Source of the DNA: an uncultured Pelagibacteraceae bacterium
GTDB taxonomy: Bacteria; Pseudomonadota; Alphaproteobacteria; Pelagibacterales; Pelagibacteraceae
Length of the DNA: 60,965 bases
Assembly: GCA_902606665.1 (NCBI GenBank)
Contig: CACLHE010000001.1
Location: forward strand, 1-60,965
Reading direction: 5' to 3'
Of the stretch, positions 19,725 to 29,960 are shown one piece after another. Both the position numbers and the translations under genes were made by a program. How positions within the stretch are numbered: the first letter of the stretch is position 1; every line of letters starts with the position of its first letter. The notes under the pieces were generated by a model, which worked only from the letters and a program-made list of their open reading frames with translations, ran no database searches and had not been told where the DNA came from.

Positions 19725-20655
19725 AGTACTTTATTGGAATTACTCTTCTCAAATTATCATAATGAGATAATGAATACATGTTAAGTATTTTAGTTTTTTC
19801 TGTATTTACTAGCTGATTTTTTTGTTCTTCCAAAGTTAATTTTTTTGTGATTTTTCTTTTATCTCTTACTTTAAAAAATAAAATACCCTCGGATAATAAA
19901 ATTGGTTCAGAAATTCCACCCAAAGGAGTTGATTTTATTTTATCTCTAAATTTACTTGAAATTATATTTTCACCCACCCAACCTAAATCTCCACCTTTTG
20001 TAGCACTCTGTGAAAGGCTTAAATTCATAGCCACGCTTTCAAATCCTTCTATTTCAATTTTTTTTGTAATCTCTTTTATTCTAGATTCTAATTTATCTTT
20101 TTCTACAGATTGTACTATAATTTCTGAAATTAAAAACTCTTCAAATTCTTCTTTGCTTTGATTCAATTTTAGTTGCTCGTCTATCTCATCAGAATTGACA
20201 GATATCCTATTTTTATACAACTGAAAAATTAGACTATTCCAAAGAAGTTCTGTCTTTATTTGATCTTCAATTCTTGAAAAATCTATACCATTAGCTGTAC
20301 ATATATTTTTAAGTGTATCTAAGTCCACATTTATATTATCTGCCAGCCGAGTTAATTCATTTATTAAATCTTCCTTGCTATACTCCATGAATCCAATTCT
20401 ATTAATTTCTATTTCTTTAATATTTCTTTTTACTGAGGATTTTATAGCCATTTGTTGTAACTCTTCTCTTTTATCTTCCGAATAGGCCATATTATTTAAA
20501 ATTAAAATAATTTTAATTTCATCAATGATATCGGATTTAGTAATAGCCCTATCCCCAACAGTTATATATAGAGCATCTTTAATTGAAGAGTGTGCATTAA
20601 AAAAAGGAGCTATAATTAGCAATATAACAAAAAATATTTTTTTTATTTTGATCAC
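19714..20655 (-). CDS. surA: SurA-like periplasmic chaperone / peptidyl-prolyl isomerase (single parvulin domain)
   Basis: It has a signal peptide, a SurA N-terminal-like helical region, and one parvulin core (ATKGGDLGWV). It sits between lptD and pdxA. Confidence 0.82.
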   Translation of the reverse strand: MIKIKKIFFVILLIIAPFFNAHSSIKDALYITVGDRAITKSDIIDEIKIILILNNMAYSEDKREELQQMAIKSSVKRNIKEIEINRIGFMEYSKEDLINELTRLADNINVDLDTLKNICTANGIDFSRIEDQIKTELLWNSLIFQLYKNRISVNSDEIDEQLKLNQSKEEFEEFLISEIIVQSVEKDKLESRIKEITKKIEIEGFESVAMNLSLSQSATKGGDLGWVGENIISSKFRDKIKSTPLGGISEPILLSEGILFFKVRDKRKITKKLTLEEQKNQLVNTEKTKILNMYSLSHYDNLRRVIPIKYFDE

Positions 20656-23102
20656 TGATTTAATACTGGCGTATTTATACTTCCAAAAGGAACAAATGTT
20701 AATGTAAACATTAAAGTATCATTTGGTTCTAAATCGCTATCTTGATAAAATTCCCTTCTATATACCACTCCTGCTTTTAAACAATCAATCTCATATTGAT
20801 AACTTAAGTCATAAAATTCTGTACTATCTGTTTTAAAATTCTTTTTTGTACTTAAACTTAATTTGTTTTGATCATTGAAATTTAATGTGATACCTGGACT
20901 TACATAATGTTCATTCCCGATATGATTTTGTTCTTCTAGATAGTCTAAATTAAATTGCACTTTACCAAAATTTAATTTTGTAGAAACTTCATTATAATTT
21001 ATATCATTAATATTGTGGTCTAGAGAAAATTTATAATTAATTTCTCCAATTTCGGAAAAATTATAGTTAATTTTTCCAACAATGTCTGACATTTTTTGAT
21101 CAAGTGAGCTTTTAGAAGGTATATCTTTATTTATATTTGGGTTAAAAACTTGCCCTAAAGAAATTGATAATTTTTCTTTTTCTGTATTGTTTTTTTCTTT
21201 TTGATTTATTTTAAAATCAAAACCTAAAATTGCGCTTAATCCATCCTCAATTTCTGAAGTTTTATTGAGAGCATATAAGTTAGAGTGATTTAAAAGTAAA
21301 TCTTTACCATCCAAATTTCTCATATGTCCAGGAGCGTATCTTATCATAACGTTCGGAGAGAAGAAGTTAGAGTAATTAACGCCTTCTTTTTTCATAGGTA
21401 AAGAAATTTTATTTGCAATGACACCATTTATTTCATTAACCATATCTCCATCTTTATATTTTTCATATTTATTCTTTGAATTTCTCGTTTTTCTTGTTTC
21501 ATAATTAGTGTTTCTAACCATACCTTCTAAAGTACTTATAAAGCCATTTCTTGTAATATAACTAGATGAATTCCATATAATATCATTTGTTAACATGGTT
21601 TTTTGAATATTGGTCCCATACTGATTATGGATAGCATTAGACTTAACATTTATAGAACCAAACTTTTCAGAAAAAAAAGTTTTACCGTATAATATATTTG
21701 GAAGAATATATTCATACTGGTCTGAATTTTTTTTAACTCTTAAATCTTGGTAAATTTCTGTAGATATATCAAAATACATATCTTCTTTAAAAAAACTATA
21801 TTTAATTTTATTTTCTAGTGTAGTTACTTCAGAATCAACCAAACTAGTATTAATACTATGATTTCTAAAATAAGTATTATTAGAAGTTCTCTGAAATTTC
21901 ATTAATAAGTTACTTTCGTAAGATTCATCCTTATTCAAATTTAAATCAAAGTTAGCGAAGATATGATTTTTAGGTCCTTCAATTTTTTTAGATGTAGTAT
22001 TTTTATAACCCTCAGTATAACTTGTATCTAAAATTAAAAATCCATTTTTAAATGCTTGTCTATATTCATTTAAAATTAGTAAGTTTTCGCCTGCATAAAA
22101 TTTAGGAGTAAATGTTAAATCTCTATCATCACTAATTGCCCAATAATAAGGTTGAGCAAAACCAGTTCCAACAGCAGTGGTATTAGTAAAAAAAGGAGCT
22201 AGAAAGCCTGATTGTCTTTTAACAGTAGGGTCTGGATGAAAAAATTTAGGAAAATAAAATAAAGGTATATCATAAACTTTTAATGTCGCATTCTCATAGT
22301 ATATATTTTTTTTTGCTTGATCATGAGTTATTTTTTTGGCTTTTAAACTCCATGGCGGACACTTATTAGCTCGTTTTTGACAAACTGTAAAAACACCTTT
22401 GGACAAGGTTGTCAAATTTTTCGATAACAAAATATCATTAGCAACAAATCTTGGATCACTCTTTTTACTTACACCAAAATTATCTTGATCAAGAATAGCG
22501 CTAATGTCTGACCCAATTATTTCTTTAGTTTTTGTATCAACATGAATTTCTTTAAAAAAATATTTATTTTTTTTTATATCGCGAATTTTTATTTCACCTA
22601 CAGAAGAAAATAAATTTTTTTTAATATCATATTGGAACATACCTGTTTCAACAATATTTCCGTCAATATCAGAAAATAATGAATTTTGATCTGACATTAA
22701 TATTTTTTCCGTCACATTGTATGTGATATTTGAACCTACGAGGTTGTATCCCTCCTTTAATTTTATTTCAGTATTACTGTGAGTGATAATAAGCTCATTA
22801 GCTTTGTCATATGTTGCTTTATCAGTTTTTAAAATATTTCCTTCTTTGTCAGCAATTTTTACGTTTCCTGTAGCGAGCAAAAATTCTTTTGATTTTTCAT
22901 AAAATATTTTATCTGCATATATAATTTTTCCTTCAATATCTGTAGCTTGAACAGAACCTATTCCTTCAATTGTCTCATTTTCTTTATCAATCTTTATCTC
23001 TTTTGCTGAGATATTAAATTCTTCCGCATTAAGTGTTGAGCTGATAGCAAAGAAGCTTAAAAATAATAAAATAGCTAGTATTTTTTTACTTTTGATTTGC
23101 AT
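20652..23102 (-). CDS. lptD: LPS-assembly outer membrane protein LptD
   Basis: The 816-aa product has a signal peptide, an OstA-like N-terminal beta-jellyroll, and a large aromatic-rich beta-barrel region. Its synteny with lptG and surA supports the call. Confidence 0.9.
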   Translation of the reverse strand: MQIKSKKILAILLFLSFFAISSTLNAEEFNISAKEIKIDKENETIEGIGSVQATDIEGKIIYADKIFYEKSKEFLLATGNVKIADKEGNILKTDKATYDKANELIITHSNTEIKLKEGYNLVGSNITYNVTEKILMSDQNSLFSDIDGNIVETGMFQYDIKKNLFSSVGEIKIRDIKKNKYFFKEIHVDTKTKEIIGSDISAILDQDNFGVSKKSDPRFVANDILLSKNLTTLSKGVFTVCQKRANKCPPWSLKAKKITHDQAKKNIYYENATLKVYDIPLFYFPKFFHPDPTVKRQSGFLAPFFTNTTAVGTGFAQPYYWAISDDRDLTFTPKFYAGENLLILNEYRQAFKNGFLILDTSYTEGYKNTTSKKIEGPKNHIFANFDLNLNKDESYESNLLMKFQRTSNNTYFRNHSINTSLVDSEVTTLENKIKYSFFKEDMYFDISTEIYQDLRVKKNSDQYEYILPNILYGKTFFSEKFGSINVKSNAIHNQYGTNIQKTMLTNDIIWNSSSYITRNGFISTLEGMVRNTNYETRKTRNSKNKYEKYKDGDMVNEINGVIANKISLPMKKEGVNYSNFFSPNVMIRYAPGHMRNLDGKDLLLNHSNLYALNKTSEIEDGLSAILGFDFKINQKEKNNTEKEKLSISLGQVFNPNINKDIPSKSSLDQKMSDIVGKINYNFSEIGEINYKFSLDHNINDINYNEVSTKLNFGKVQFNLDYLEEQNHIGNEHYVSPGITLNFNDQNKLSLSTKKNFKTDSTEFYDLSYQYEIDCLKAGVVYRREFYQDSDLEPNDTLMFTLTFVPFGSINTPVLNQ

Positions 23103-24177
23103 GAATGATTCCTATCGAGCTAAATATAAAAATTAGTGCTATTGGCATCCAAACAGAAATTTCTATTGGCAGTTTTTCTGTTTTGCCTAGTACCGCTGAA
23201 AAGTCATTAAAGAAAAAGATTAATATACTTGAAATTATTGCAAAAAAAGCATATCTCCAATTGCTTTCATTAAACCTTGTTCCTAAGGTAAAAAATGAAC
23301 TTAATAACAGCATGCTTAAAAGAAAAAATGGAAACGAAAAAGATCTGTGAAGTTTAGCTTCCATTTCTTTTGTAGAATATCCTCTTTCTTCTAAAAGTTT
23401 TATTTCATTTTCAATACTCCAAAATGAAATAGTATCTAGATTTGAGTATAAGCTTTTAATTTTTTTAATATCATACATGCTGATATATGAGATATTTTCT
23501 ATGTTTTCTGACGTTACTATTCCTTCCGAATTTATTATTTTGACATTTTTTAAAGACCATTTTAACGATTTGATATTTGCAGATTCAGCTTCTACTCTTC
23601 TCACAAACTCATTATTTTTATCGAACTCATAAATAGTGACATTTAATAAGTTTTCATTTTCTAAATTACTTGATCTTATTATATTATTTTTTTGAAGATT
23701 TTTTTCCTTGATCCAAATTCCATTTTCTGTAATTGCAGCAAGATATTCTTGATCTAATTCATAACCTCCTTTTATTGTTTCATATTTTTTTACCAAAATA
23801 GAAGTAATGGGATTTACTGCTGCAACAAAAAAAACTCCCAAAAAAATTGAAATAATACCTGGTGTCAAAATTACAAATAAATTTGATAAACCAGAAATAT
23901 TAATAGCAGTTAGTTCGTCGCTCTTCTTTATTTTTAAAAAAAACCAAATTCCAGAAAGTAAAATAATAAATGGAAAAAAATTATGTAATAAGCTCGGGGT
24001 GAATAACATGGATAAAATTATCGGAGTATTAATAGATACGTTCATTTCTTTAAAAAAATTTATTTCTTCAAATAAATTCATGACAAAACCTAAAGTAAAA
24101 AAAATGAGACTTGTGTTTAAAACAACTTTAATAAATTCTAATCCAAGATATTTATTTATTAAGAAAGATCTAATCAT
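23086..24177 (-). CDS. lptG: LPS export ABC permease LptG
   Basis: It belongs to the YjgP/YjgQ permease family, with three TM helices, a periplasmic beta-jellyroll, then three more TM helices. It is paired with lptF. Confidence 0.88.
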   Translation of the reverse strand: MIRSFLINKYLGLEFIKVVLNTSLIFFTLGFVMNLFEEINFFKEMNVSINTPIILSMLFTPSLLHNFFPFIILLSGIWFFLKIKKSDELTAINISGLSNLFVILTPGIISIFLGVFFVAAVNPITSILVKKYETIKGGYELDQEYLAAITENGIWIKEKNLQKNNIIRSSNLENENLLNVTIYEFDKNNEFVRRVEAESANIKSLKWSLKNVKIINSEGIVTSENIENISYISMYDIKKIKSLYSNLDTISFWSIENEIKLLEERGYSTKEMEAKLHRSFSFPFFLLSMLLLSSFFTLGTRFNESNWRYAFFAIISSILIFFFNDFSAVLGKTEKLPIEISVWMPIALIFIFSSIGIIHANQK

Positions 24178-24182
24178 GATTA

Positions 24183-25313
24183 CTAATATAAATTTTCATA
24201 TTTAAATTTTTTTATTAAACTAAGATAAAGTATTGGCACCAACGCAATGGGAAAAAAATAATAAAATGCAGAATGTCTCCAAGAAATTCCCGAATATCTT
24301 ACTGTTATTTCCGCCAATATAAGAAATAAAATACCAAAAAAAGAATAAATATATTTATTTAAAGTAAATACTTTTTTATCTTTTCTTGACGTAAGAAGAA
24401 AGCTACATACAAGAGCCATCAATGGTATAAAAAATGGCATACCCAATCTTTTATTAATTTCTATTTTTGTATTTATTTTTGTTCTTTCAGTAGGATTGCA
24501 GTTATGCATATCTATTTTTTTAATATCTTGACCTCTTATACATTTTAATATCTTTAAAGTGGAAGTTTCTTGCATTTTTGGTTCTGAAATACTTTTTGTA
24601 GAAATTCCAGAAAGATTAAATGAAGTTTTTTCAAACTTTACTATACTGACATCACCTTCTTTATTTAGTTTTTGTATATTTCCATCAAATAGAATCAAAT
24701 ACTTTTCATCTTCAGATACAAGACCAGATTTTGCAATTATTGTAGAAGATGCGGTTCCCACGGAAGATAAAACTTTACTTTCATCTCTAATAAAAATATT
24801 TTTATAATTATTATTATTTTTTTTATCTACGAATATCGTTAGACCTTCAACTGTGTCATTAAATTGTTTCTCTTTAAACATTGAGGAAACAAATTTTAAT
24901 TCAGAATTTTTTATTACTTTTCTAGATAAATTTAATAATGTTGGGTTGATACTTGTAGTAAATATAAGCTGTATCAACATTATAATTAGAGAAATACGAA
25001 TTAAATGATTAACTATGTATATTTTGTTTAATCCTGAAGTCCAAAGAATTATAAGTTCGTTATCTTTTTCTAATTTTATGATTGTTAAAACTGTAGCTAT
25101 TAAAAAACAAAATGGAATCAATTTTGTTATTACTTTAGAAATGGTCAAGAATGAGTATAAAAAATAAACACTGAAAGCATGACCATCGTCAGTAATTAAA
25201 TCAAGGAAATTTACTGCTTGGACGGTCCATACAATGGCAGCTAAAGCAAACAACGCTATAGTAAAATATCTTAAAAATTCATGAAAAAGGTATTTATAAA
25301 TTGTCTTATTCAT
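24183..25313 (-). CDS. lptF: LPS export ABC permease LptF
   Basis: It shares the same YjgP/YjgQ topology and is the first gene of the lptFG-lptD-surA-pdxA-rsmA string. Confidence 0.88.
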   Translation of the reverse strand: MNKTIYKYLFHEFLRYFTIALFALAAIVWTVQAVNFLDLITDDGHAFSVYFLYSFLTISKVITKLIPFCFLIATVLTIIKLEKDNELIILWTSGLNKIYIVNHLIRISLIIMLIQLIFTTSINPTLLNLSRKVIKNSELKFVSSMFKEKQFNDTVEGLTIFVDKKNNNNYKNIFIRDESKVLSSVGTASSTIIAKSGLVSEDEKYLILFDGNIQKLNKEGDVSIVKFEKTSFNLSGISTKSISEPKMQETSTLKILKCIRGQDIKKIDMHNCNPTERTKINTKIEINKRLGMPFFIPLMALVCSFLLTSRKDKKVFTLNKYIYSFFGILFLILAEITVRYSGISWRHSAFYYFFPIALVPILYLSLIKKFKYENLY

Positions 25314-25386
25314 TGTAAAAGTTGTATTATATAGTTAATAAATCAACTTTGAATAGAATTCAATTTATACGTTAAAGAAAGGAAAA

Positions 25387-26865
25387 ATGTTAAGTTTTAT
25401 AAGCAGTTTGAGTCCAAGTAGCGAGGCATTTGCTATATTTATAACCGAAAACTACGTCTATAATAATAGAAATAGTGTTGTGCCTAAAAACACCGCACAA
25501 AAAATAGATTCTTTTCTCAAGACATTAAAAAGTAAAAAAAATGATGAAGAAATAAGTTCTTTTGATATTTCGGATAAGCAAAAATGTTTCATAATTAAAG
25601 TAAAGAACAAAGATAAAAGTTTCACCTCAGAAGAATCTGGAGGATCTTTTTTTTCATATATAAAAAAATTTAAAGATATTCAAAATGTTGAATTATTTGT
25701 AGATAGCTTAGATTTAAATAAAGAAAAATTAACTAACTTTTTTTCTGAATTTATTTTTGGAATTAATTTAAAAAGTTATACATTTAATAAATATAAAACT
25801 TTAAATAAGAAAAACCTTGATAAAAAAATTAACTTTAAAATTATAACTTCATATAAAAAAGAAATAGAAAAAAGTTACACATATTACAATTGTGTAAAAG
25901 AAGGTGTATTTTTGACTCGAAATTTAGTTTCAGAGCCACCAAATATTTTAACACCTAAATCTTATGTCCAGGAAATAAAAAAATTATCAAAACTAGGTCT
26001 TAAAATAAAAATTTATGGTGAGAAAGAAATGAAAAAAATGGGACTTAATGCTTTGTTAGGTGTGGGACAGGGAAGTATTAATGAAAGTTATTTAGTTACA
26101 ATTGAATGGAATGGAAAAAAAAATTCAAACCAAAAACCGTTAGCTTTTGTTGGTAAAGGAGTGTGTTTTGATACAGGTGGAATTTCCCTAAAACCAGCAA
26201 GATTTATGGAAGAAATGAAATATGATATGGCAGGCTCAGCTGTCGTTGTGGGGTTATTAAAATCATTTGCATTAAGAAAAGCTAAAGTTAATGCTGTTGG
26301 TGTAGTTGGCTTAGTTGAAAATATGCCTGGAGGAAATGCTCAAAGACCTGGAGATATTGTAAAATCATTTTCTGGCAAAACCATAGAAATACTAAATACT
26401 GATGCAGAAGGAAGACTCGTGTTAGCTGATGCTTTAACTTTTACAGAAAAAAAATTCAAACCAAAAATTATAATAGATTTAGCTACTTTGACTGGAGCGA
26501 TAATTGTTAGCTTAGGAGAAGAATATGCTGGTATGTTTTCAAATAACGATGAATTATCCGAAAATATTTTTAATGCAAGCAAAAAAGTAAATGAGAAAGT
26601 TTGGAGATTACCACTTGACAAAAATTATGATAAATTAATGGACTCTAGTATAGCCGATGTACAAAATATTAATTATGCAGGTGGAGCAGGCTCAATTACT
26701 GCAGCACAGTTTTTACAAAGATTTATTTTAGAAAAGACTCCATGGGCTCATTTAGATATTGCTGGCATGGCTTTTTCAAAAAAAGCAGCAAACTTAAATC
26801 CAGGCGGAGCCACAGGGTTTGGAGTCAGATTGTTAAATAAATTAGTAAAAGAATATTACGAATAA
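25387..26865 (+). CDS. pepA: leucyl aminopeptidase (M17)
   Basis: VGKGVCFDTGGISLKP and the NTDAEGRLVLADAL signature are present. Confidence 0.96.
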   Translation: MLSFISSLSPSSEAFAIFITENYVYNNRNSVVPKNTAQKIDSFLKTLKSKKNDEEISSFDISDKQKCFIIKVKNKDKSFTSEESGGSFFSYIKKFKDIQNVELFVDSLDLNKEKLTNFFSEFIFGINLKSYTFNKYKTLNKKNLDKKINFKIITSYKKEIEKSYTYYNCVKEGVFLTRNLVSEPPNILTPKSYVQEIKKLSKLGLKIKIYGEKEMKKMGLNALLGVGQGSINESYLVTIEWNGKKNSNQKPLAFVGKGVCFDTGGISLKPARFMEEMKYDMAGSAVVVGLLKSFALRKAKVNAVGVVGLVENMPGGNAQRPGDIVKSFSGKTIEILNTDAEGRLVLADALTFTEKKFKPKIIIDLATLTGAIIVSLGEEYAGMFSNNDELSENIFNASKKVNEKVWRLPLDKNYDKLMDSSIADVQNINYAGGAGSITAAQFLQRFILEKTPWAHLDIAGMAFSKKAANLNPGGATGFGVRLLNKLVKEYYE

Positions 26866-26869
26866 CCAA

Positions 26870-27271
26870 ATGATTGAACAAACCTTATCAATTATTAAAC
26901 CAGATGCAGTAGAAAGAAATTTAGAAACTGACATTAAGGAATATTTTATAAAAAATAAATTAAAAATATTAAAAGCTAAAAAAGTTAAAATATCTAAAGA
27001 GGAAGCTTCTGAGTTTTATAGGGTTCATCAAACCAAGCCTTTTTATGAAGATTTATGCAGCTATTTATCATCAGGGCCTATAGTGGTGATGGTATTAGAG
27101 GGAGAAAATGCAATACTGAAAAATAGAGAAGTTATGGGAGCGACCGATCCCATGAAAGCAGAAGAGGGAACATTAAGAAAAATGTATGGAATATCAATAG
27201 ATAAAAATTCAGTACATGGATCTGACAGCAAAGAAAACGCAACTACTGAGATAAATTTTTTTTTTAAATAA
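26870..27271 (+). CDS. ndk: nucleoside-diphosphate kinase
   Basis: TLSIIKPDAV, GPIVVMVLEG and the NSVHGSDS active-site His block are present. Confidence 0.96.
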   Translation: MIEQTLSIIKPDAVERNLETDIKEYFIKNKLKILKAKKVKISKEEASEFYRVHQTKPFYEDLCSYLSSGPIVVMVLEGENAILKNREVMGATDPMKAEEGTLRKMYGISIDKNSVHGSDSKENATTEINFFFK

Positions 27272-27275
27272 TTAA

Positions 27276-27839
27276 TTATCTAAATATTGAAATTATAGAT
27301 TGAGGATAAATTTTATGTTCTTGGACTAAAATTTTTCTTTTTAAAGAATTTTCTGTTTCATTTTTGCTTATCAAGACCTTTTTTTGTAAAATAATTTTGC
27401 CAGAATCAAGTTTCGGCGATACGTAATGGACTGTGCATCCTGAGTATTTAGCATTACTTTTTAAAGCTCTTTTATGGGTATTTAGTCCTTTAAATTTGGG
27501 TAAAAGTGACGGGTGAATATTGATGATTTTATGATTAAATTTTTTTATAAAATTTTCAGATAATATTTTCATAAAACCTGCCAGACAAATAAATTTAATT
27601 TTTCTCTTTTTGATCTCATGCAATGAATCTCTTTCAAATTTCTCTTTATAATTACTTGAAAAAAACTTTGAAGGTATGCCATATTTTTTAGCTAATTTTA
27701 AACCTTTAGCGTTTAAACTATTAGATATAATTAATTCAATTTTAATTGGAAAATTATAATCTCTTGATCTTTTTATGATCGAATGAAGATTAGTACCATT
27801 ACCAGAAATAAAAACACATGACTTTATTTTTTTTACCAT
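27276..27839 (-). CDS. purN: phosphoribosylglycinamide formyltransferase
   Basis: SGNGTNL and NIHPSLLPKFKG motifs are present. It is overlapped by purM upstream. Confidence 0.93.
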   Translation of the reverse strand: MVKKIKSCVFISGNGTNLHSIIKRSRDYNFPIKIELIISNSLNAKGLKLAKKYGIPSKFFSSNYKEKFERDSLHEIKKRKIKFICLAGFMKILSENFIKKFNHKIINIHPSLLPKFKGLNTHKRALKSNAKYSGCTVHYVSPKLDSGKIILQKKVLISKNETENSLKRKILVQEHKIYPQSIISIFR

Positions 27840-28867
27840 CTCAGTTTACCAAACGTTTTAATTTTTGATTTTTCTCTAGATAAGAAACCTATTTGATATG
27901 GCTTATATTTTTTAGGAAAAATTTTTTTTATTTTACTAACATTTTTTTTATTTGAAATTAAACAAAAACCAACACCACAATTAAAAGTTTTTATCATTTC
28001 GTTATCATGAACATTATTCCTTTTTATCCATTTAAAGATAGGTTTAATTTTAATTTTTGAAAGATATATATTTAAGCAGAGATGTTCAGGAATAACTCTA
28101 ACTAAATTATTTAATAAACCTCCACCCGTAATATTTGCACATCCATTAATTAATTTTTTATTATTGATCTTATTTACCTCTTTCACATAAATCTTAGTAG
28201 GCTTAATTAAATCTTGTTTTAAAGATTTGTTTAATCGGAATTTTTTTTTTTTAATTATATATCTTACAAGTGAAAAACCATTAGAATGCAAACCTGAAGA
28301 AGGAACTGCTAAAACAATATCATTATTTTTGATTTTATTTTTAGTTAATAATTTTTTTTTATCTACAATTCCAACTGCAAAACCAGCAAGATCATATTTA
28401 TTTTTAGCATAGGTTCCGGGCATCTCAGCTGTTTCGCCTCCTATTAAAGCACAACCTGCTAATTTGCATCCATAAACTATTCCATCTAAAATCTTTTTAA
28501 CTTTTTTTATTTCAAGTTTATTGATAGCTATATAATCTAAGAAAAAGATTGGTTTTGCTCCTTGAACTATTAAATCATTTACGCACATTGCTACCAAATC
28601 AACCCCTATGGTATTATATTTTTTAAACATGTTAGCTACTTCAATTTTTGTTCCTACGCCATCGGTCGAGGATACAATGATAGGTTTGCTAATTTTTTCT
28701 TGAGATAAGTCGAAAATTGATCCAAAACTCCCAATATTTTTAAAATTTTTTCTCTCAGTATTCTTTTTGTAAGTTTTTCTTGATATTTTGGATATGTAAT
28801 TTACTAATTTATCAGCGGTTGCCATATTAACACCGCTTTTTTTGTAAGTATTATAGATTTTTTTCAT
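27833..28867 (-). CDS. purM: phosphoribosylformylglycinamidine cyclo-ligase (AIR synthetase)
   Basis: DGVGTK, GVDLVAMCVNDLIVQGAKPIFFLDY and GGETAEMPG are present. Confidence 0.96.
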   Translation of the reverse strand: MKKIYNTYKKSGVNMATADKLVNYISKISRKTYKKNTERKNFKNIGSFGSIFDLSQEKISKPIIVSSTDGVGTKIEVANMFKKYNTIGVDLVAMCVNDLIVQGAKPIFFLDYIAINKLEIKKVKKILDGIVYGCKLAGCALIGGETAEMPGTYAKNKYDLAGFAVGIVDKKKLLTKNKIKNNDIVLAVPSSGLHSNGFSLVRYIIKKKKFRLNKSLKQDLIKPTKIYVKEVNKINNKKLINGCANITGGGLLNNLVRVIPEHLCLNIYLSKIKIKPIFKWIKRNNVHDNEMIKTFNCGVGFCLISNKKNVSKIKKIFPKKYKPYQIGFLSREKSKIKTFGKLRW

Positions 28868-29960
28868 GAAAAATTATTCTTTACTTAAGTTTATGTTCAT
28901 TTTGCTAAAAGAATATATCTTTATTTCTTTAATGGTAACTATATTTCTATTTACCACATTTGCAAAAAGTTTTTCAGAAGAAAATTTATTCACAATAAAT
29001 AATATTGAGGTAAAAGGTGTAGTAGATTTGAACTTTTCTAGAGAAAAATATCTAGACAAAGTCTTTTTAGATTCTTTTGATTCACTTATGAAAAAAATTC
29101 TACTCTCAAGGGATTTAAACAAGATTGACAATATTAAATTAAAACAAATAAAAAATTTAATACATAGCTTTCAGATACTGAACGAGAGCTATACAAAAAG
29201 TGAATACAATTTAAAAGTAAGGATAGTTTATAATGACACTAAAATTAAAAAATATTTAAGAAAGAAAAATATTTCTTTTTCACAACCTACAAATATTTCT
29301 GCGTTATTTTATCCGGTTTTTTTTATAAATGGTGAATTTCAAAATTTCAATGAAAGTTTTTTTTACAAGAAATGGTCTGAAGTATCAATTGAAAATGAAA
29401 TAATAAATTTTATTTTGCCCTTAGAAGATTTAGAAGATATATCCAAAATTATAGAAAAAAAAGATAACATTGAGGATCTTGATATAGATTATCTAGTGAA
29501 TAAATATGATGTAAAAAATTATATTTTTGCACTAATAGAATATTATAATGATAAATTAAAAATACATATAAAAACTAATTTTAATCAAAACAAAACAAAT
29601 AAAAATATTTTATATAATATAAAAAATATAAATGATCATTCAGCATTAAGCTTAATTTCTAAAGATTTAAAATTAAATATCACAGATCTTTGGAAAGAAG
29701 AGAATCTTGTTAATTTACTTATGCCTCTGTCAATTAAAATTAAATTTGAACATAAAAATATTAAAAATTTTGAAAATATTAAAGGAACTTTGGATAACAT
29801 AGATATAATTGATAATTTTATCATAGAAGAATTCAATACTAATAATTCTTTTTTTAAAATATATTATTATGGAGATCCAAAAAAACTAAAATTAAAGTTA
29901 TCAAAGTTTGGATACAATCTAATTAATGATCAAGGATCCTGGCAGATAAAACTAAAATGA
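28866..29960 (+). CDS. conserved hypothetical membrane-anchored or secreted protein located between purM and hdaA
   Basis: The 364-aa product has one N-terminal hydrophobic helix (IFISLMVTIFLFTTFA), and the remainder is hydrophilic and N/K/I-rich. I saw no recognisable catalytic motif. It is translationally coupled to hdaA by a 4-nt overlap. Confidence 0.6.
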   Translation: MKNYSLLKFMFILLKEYIFISLMVTIFLFTTFAKSFSEENLFTINNIEVKGVVDLNFSREKYLDKVFLDSFDSLMKKILLSRDLNKIDNIKLKQIKNLIHSFQILNESYTKSEYNLKVRIVYNDTKIKKYLRKKNISFSQPTNISALFYPVFFINGEFQNFNESFFYKKWSEVSIENEIINFILPLEDLEDISKIIEKKDNIEDLDIDYLVNKYDVKNYIFALIEYYNDKLKIHIKTNFNQNKTNKNILYNIKNINDHSALSLISKDLKLNITDLWKEENLVNLLMPLSIKIKFEHKNIKNFENIKGTLDNIDIIDNFIIEEFNTNNSFFKIYYYGDPKKLKLKLSKFGYNLINDQGSWQIKLK

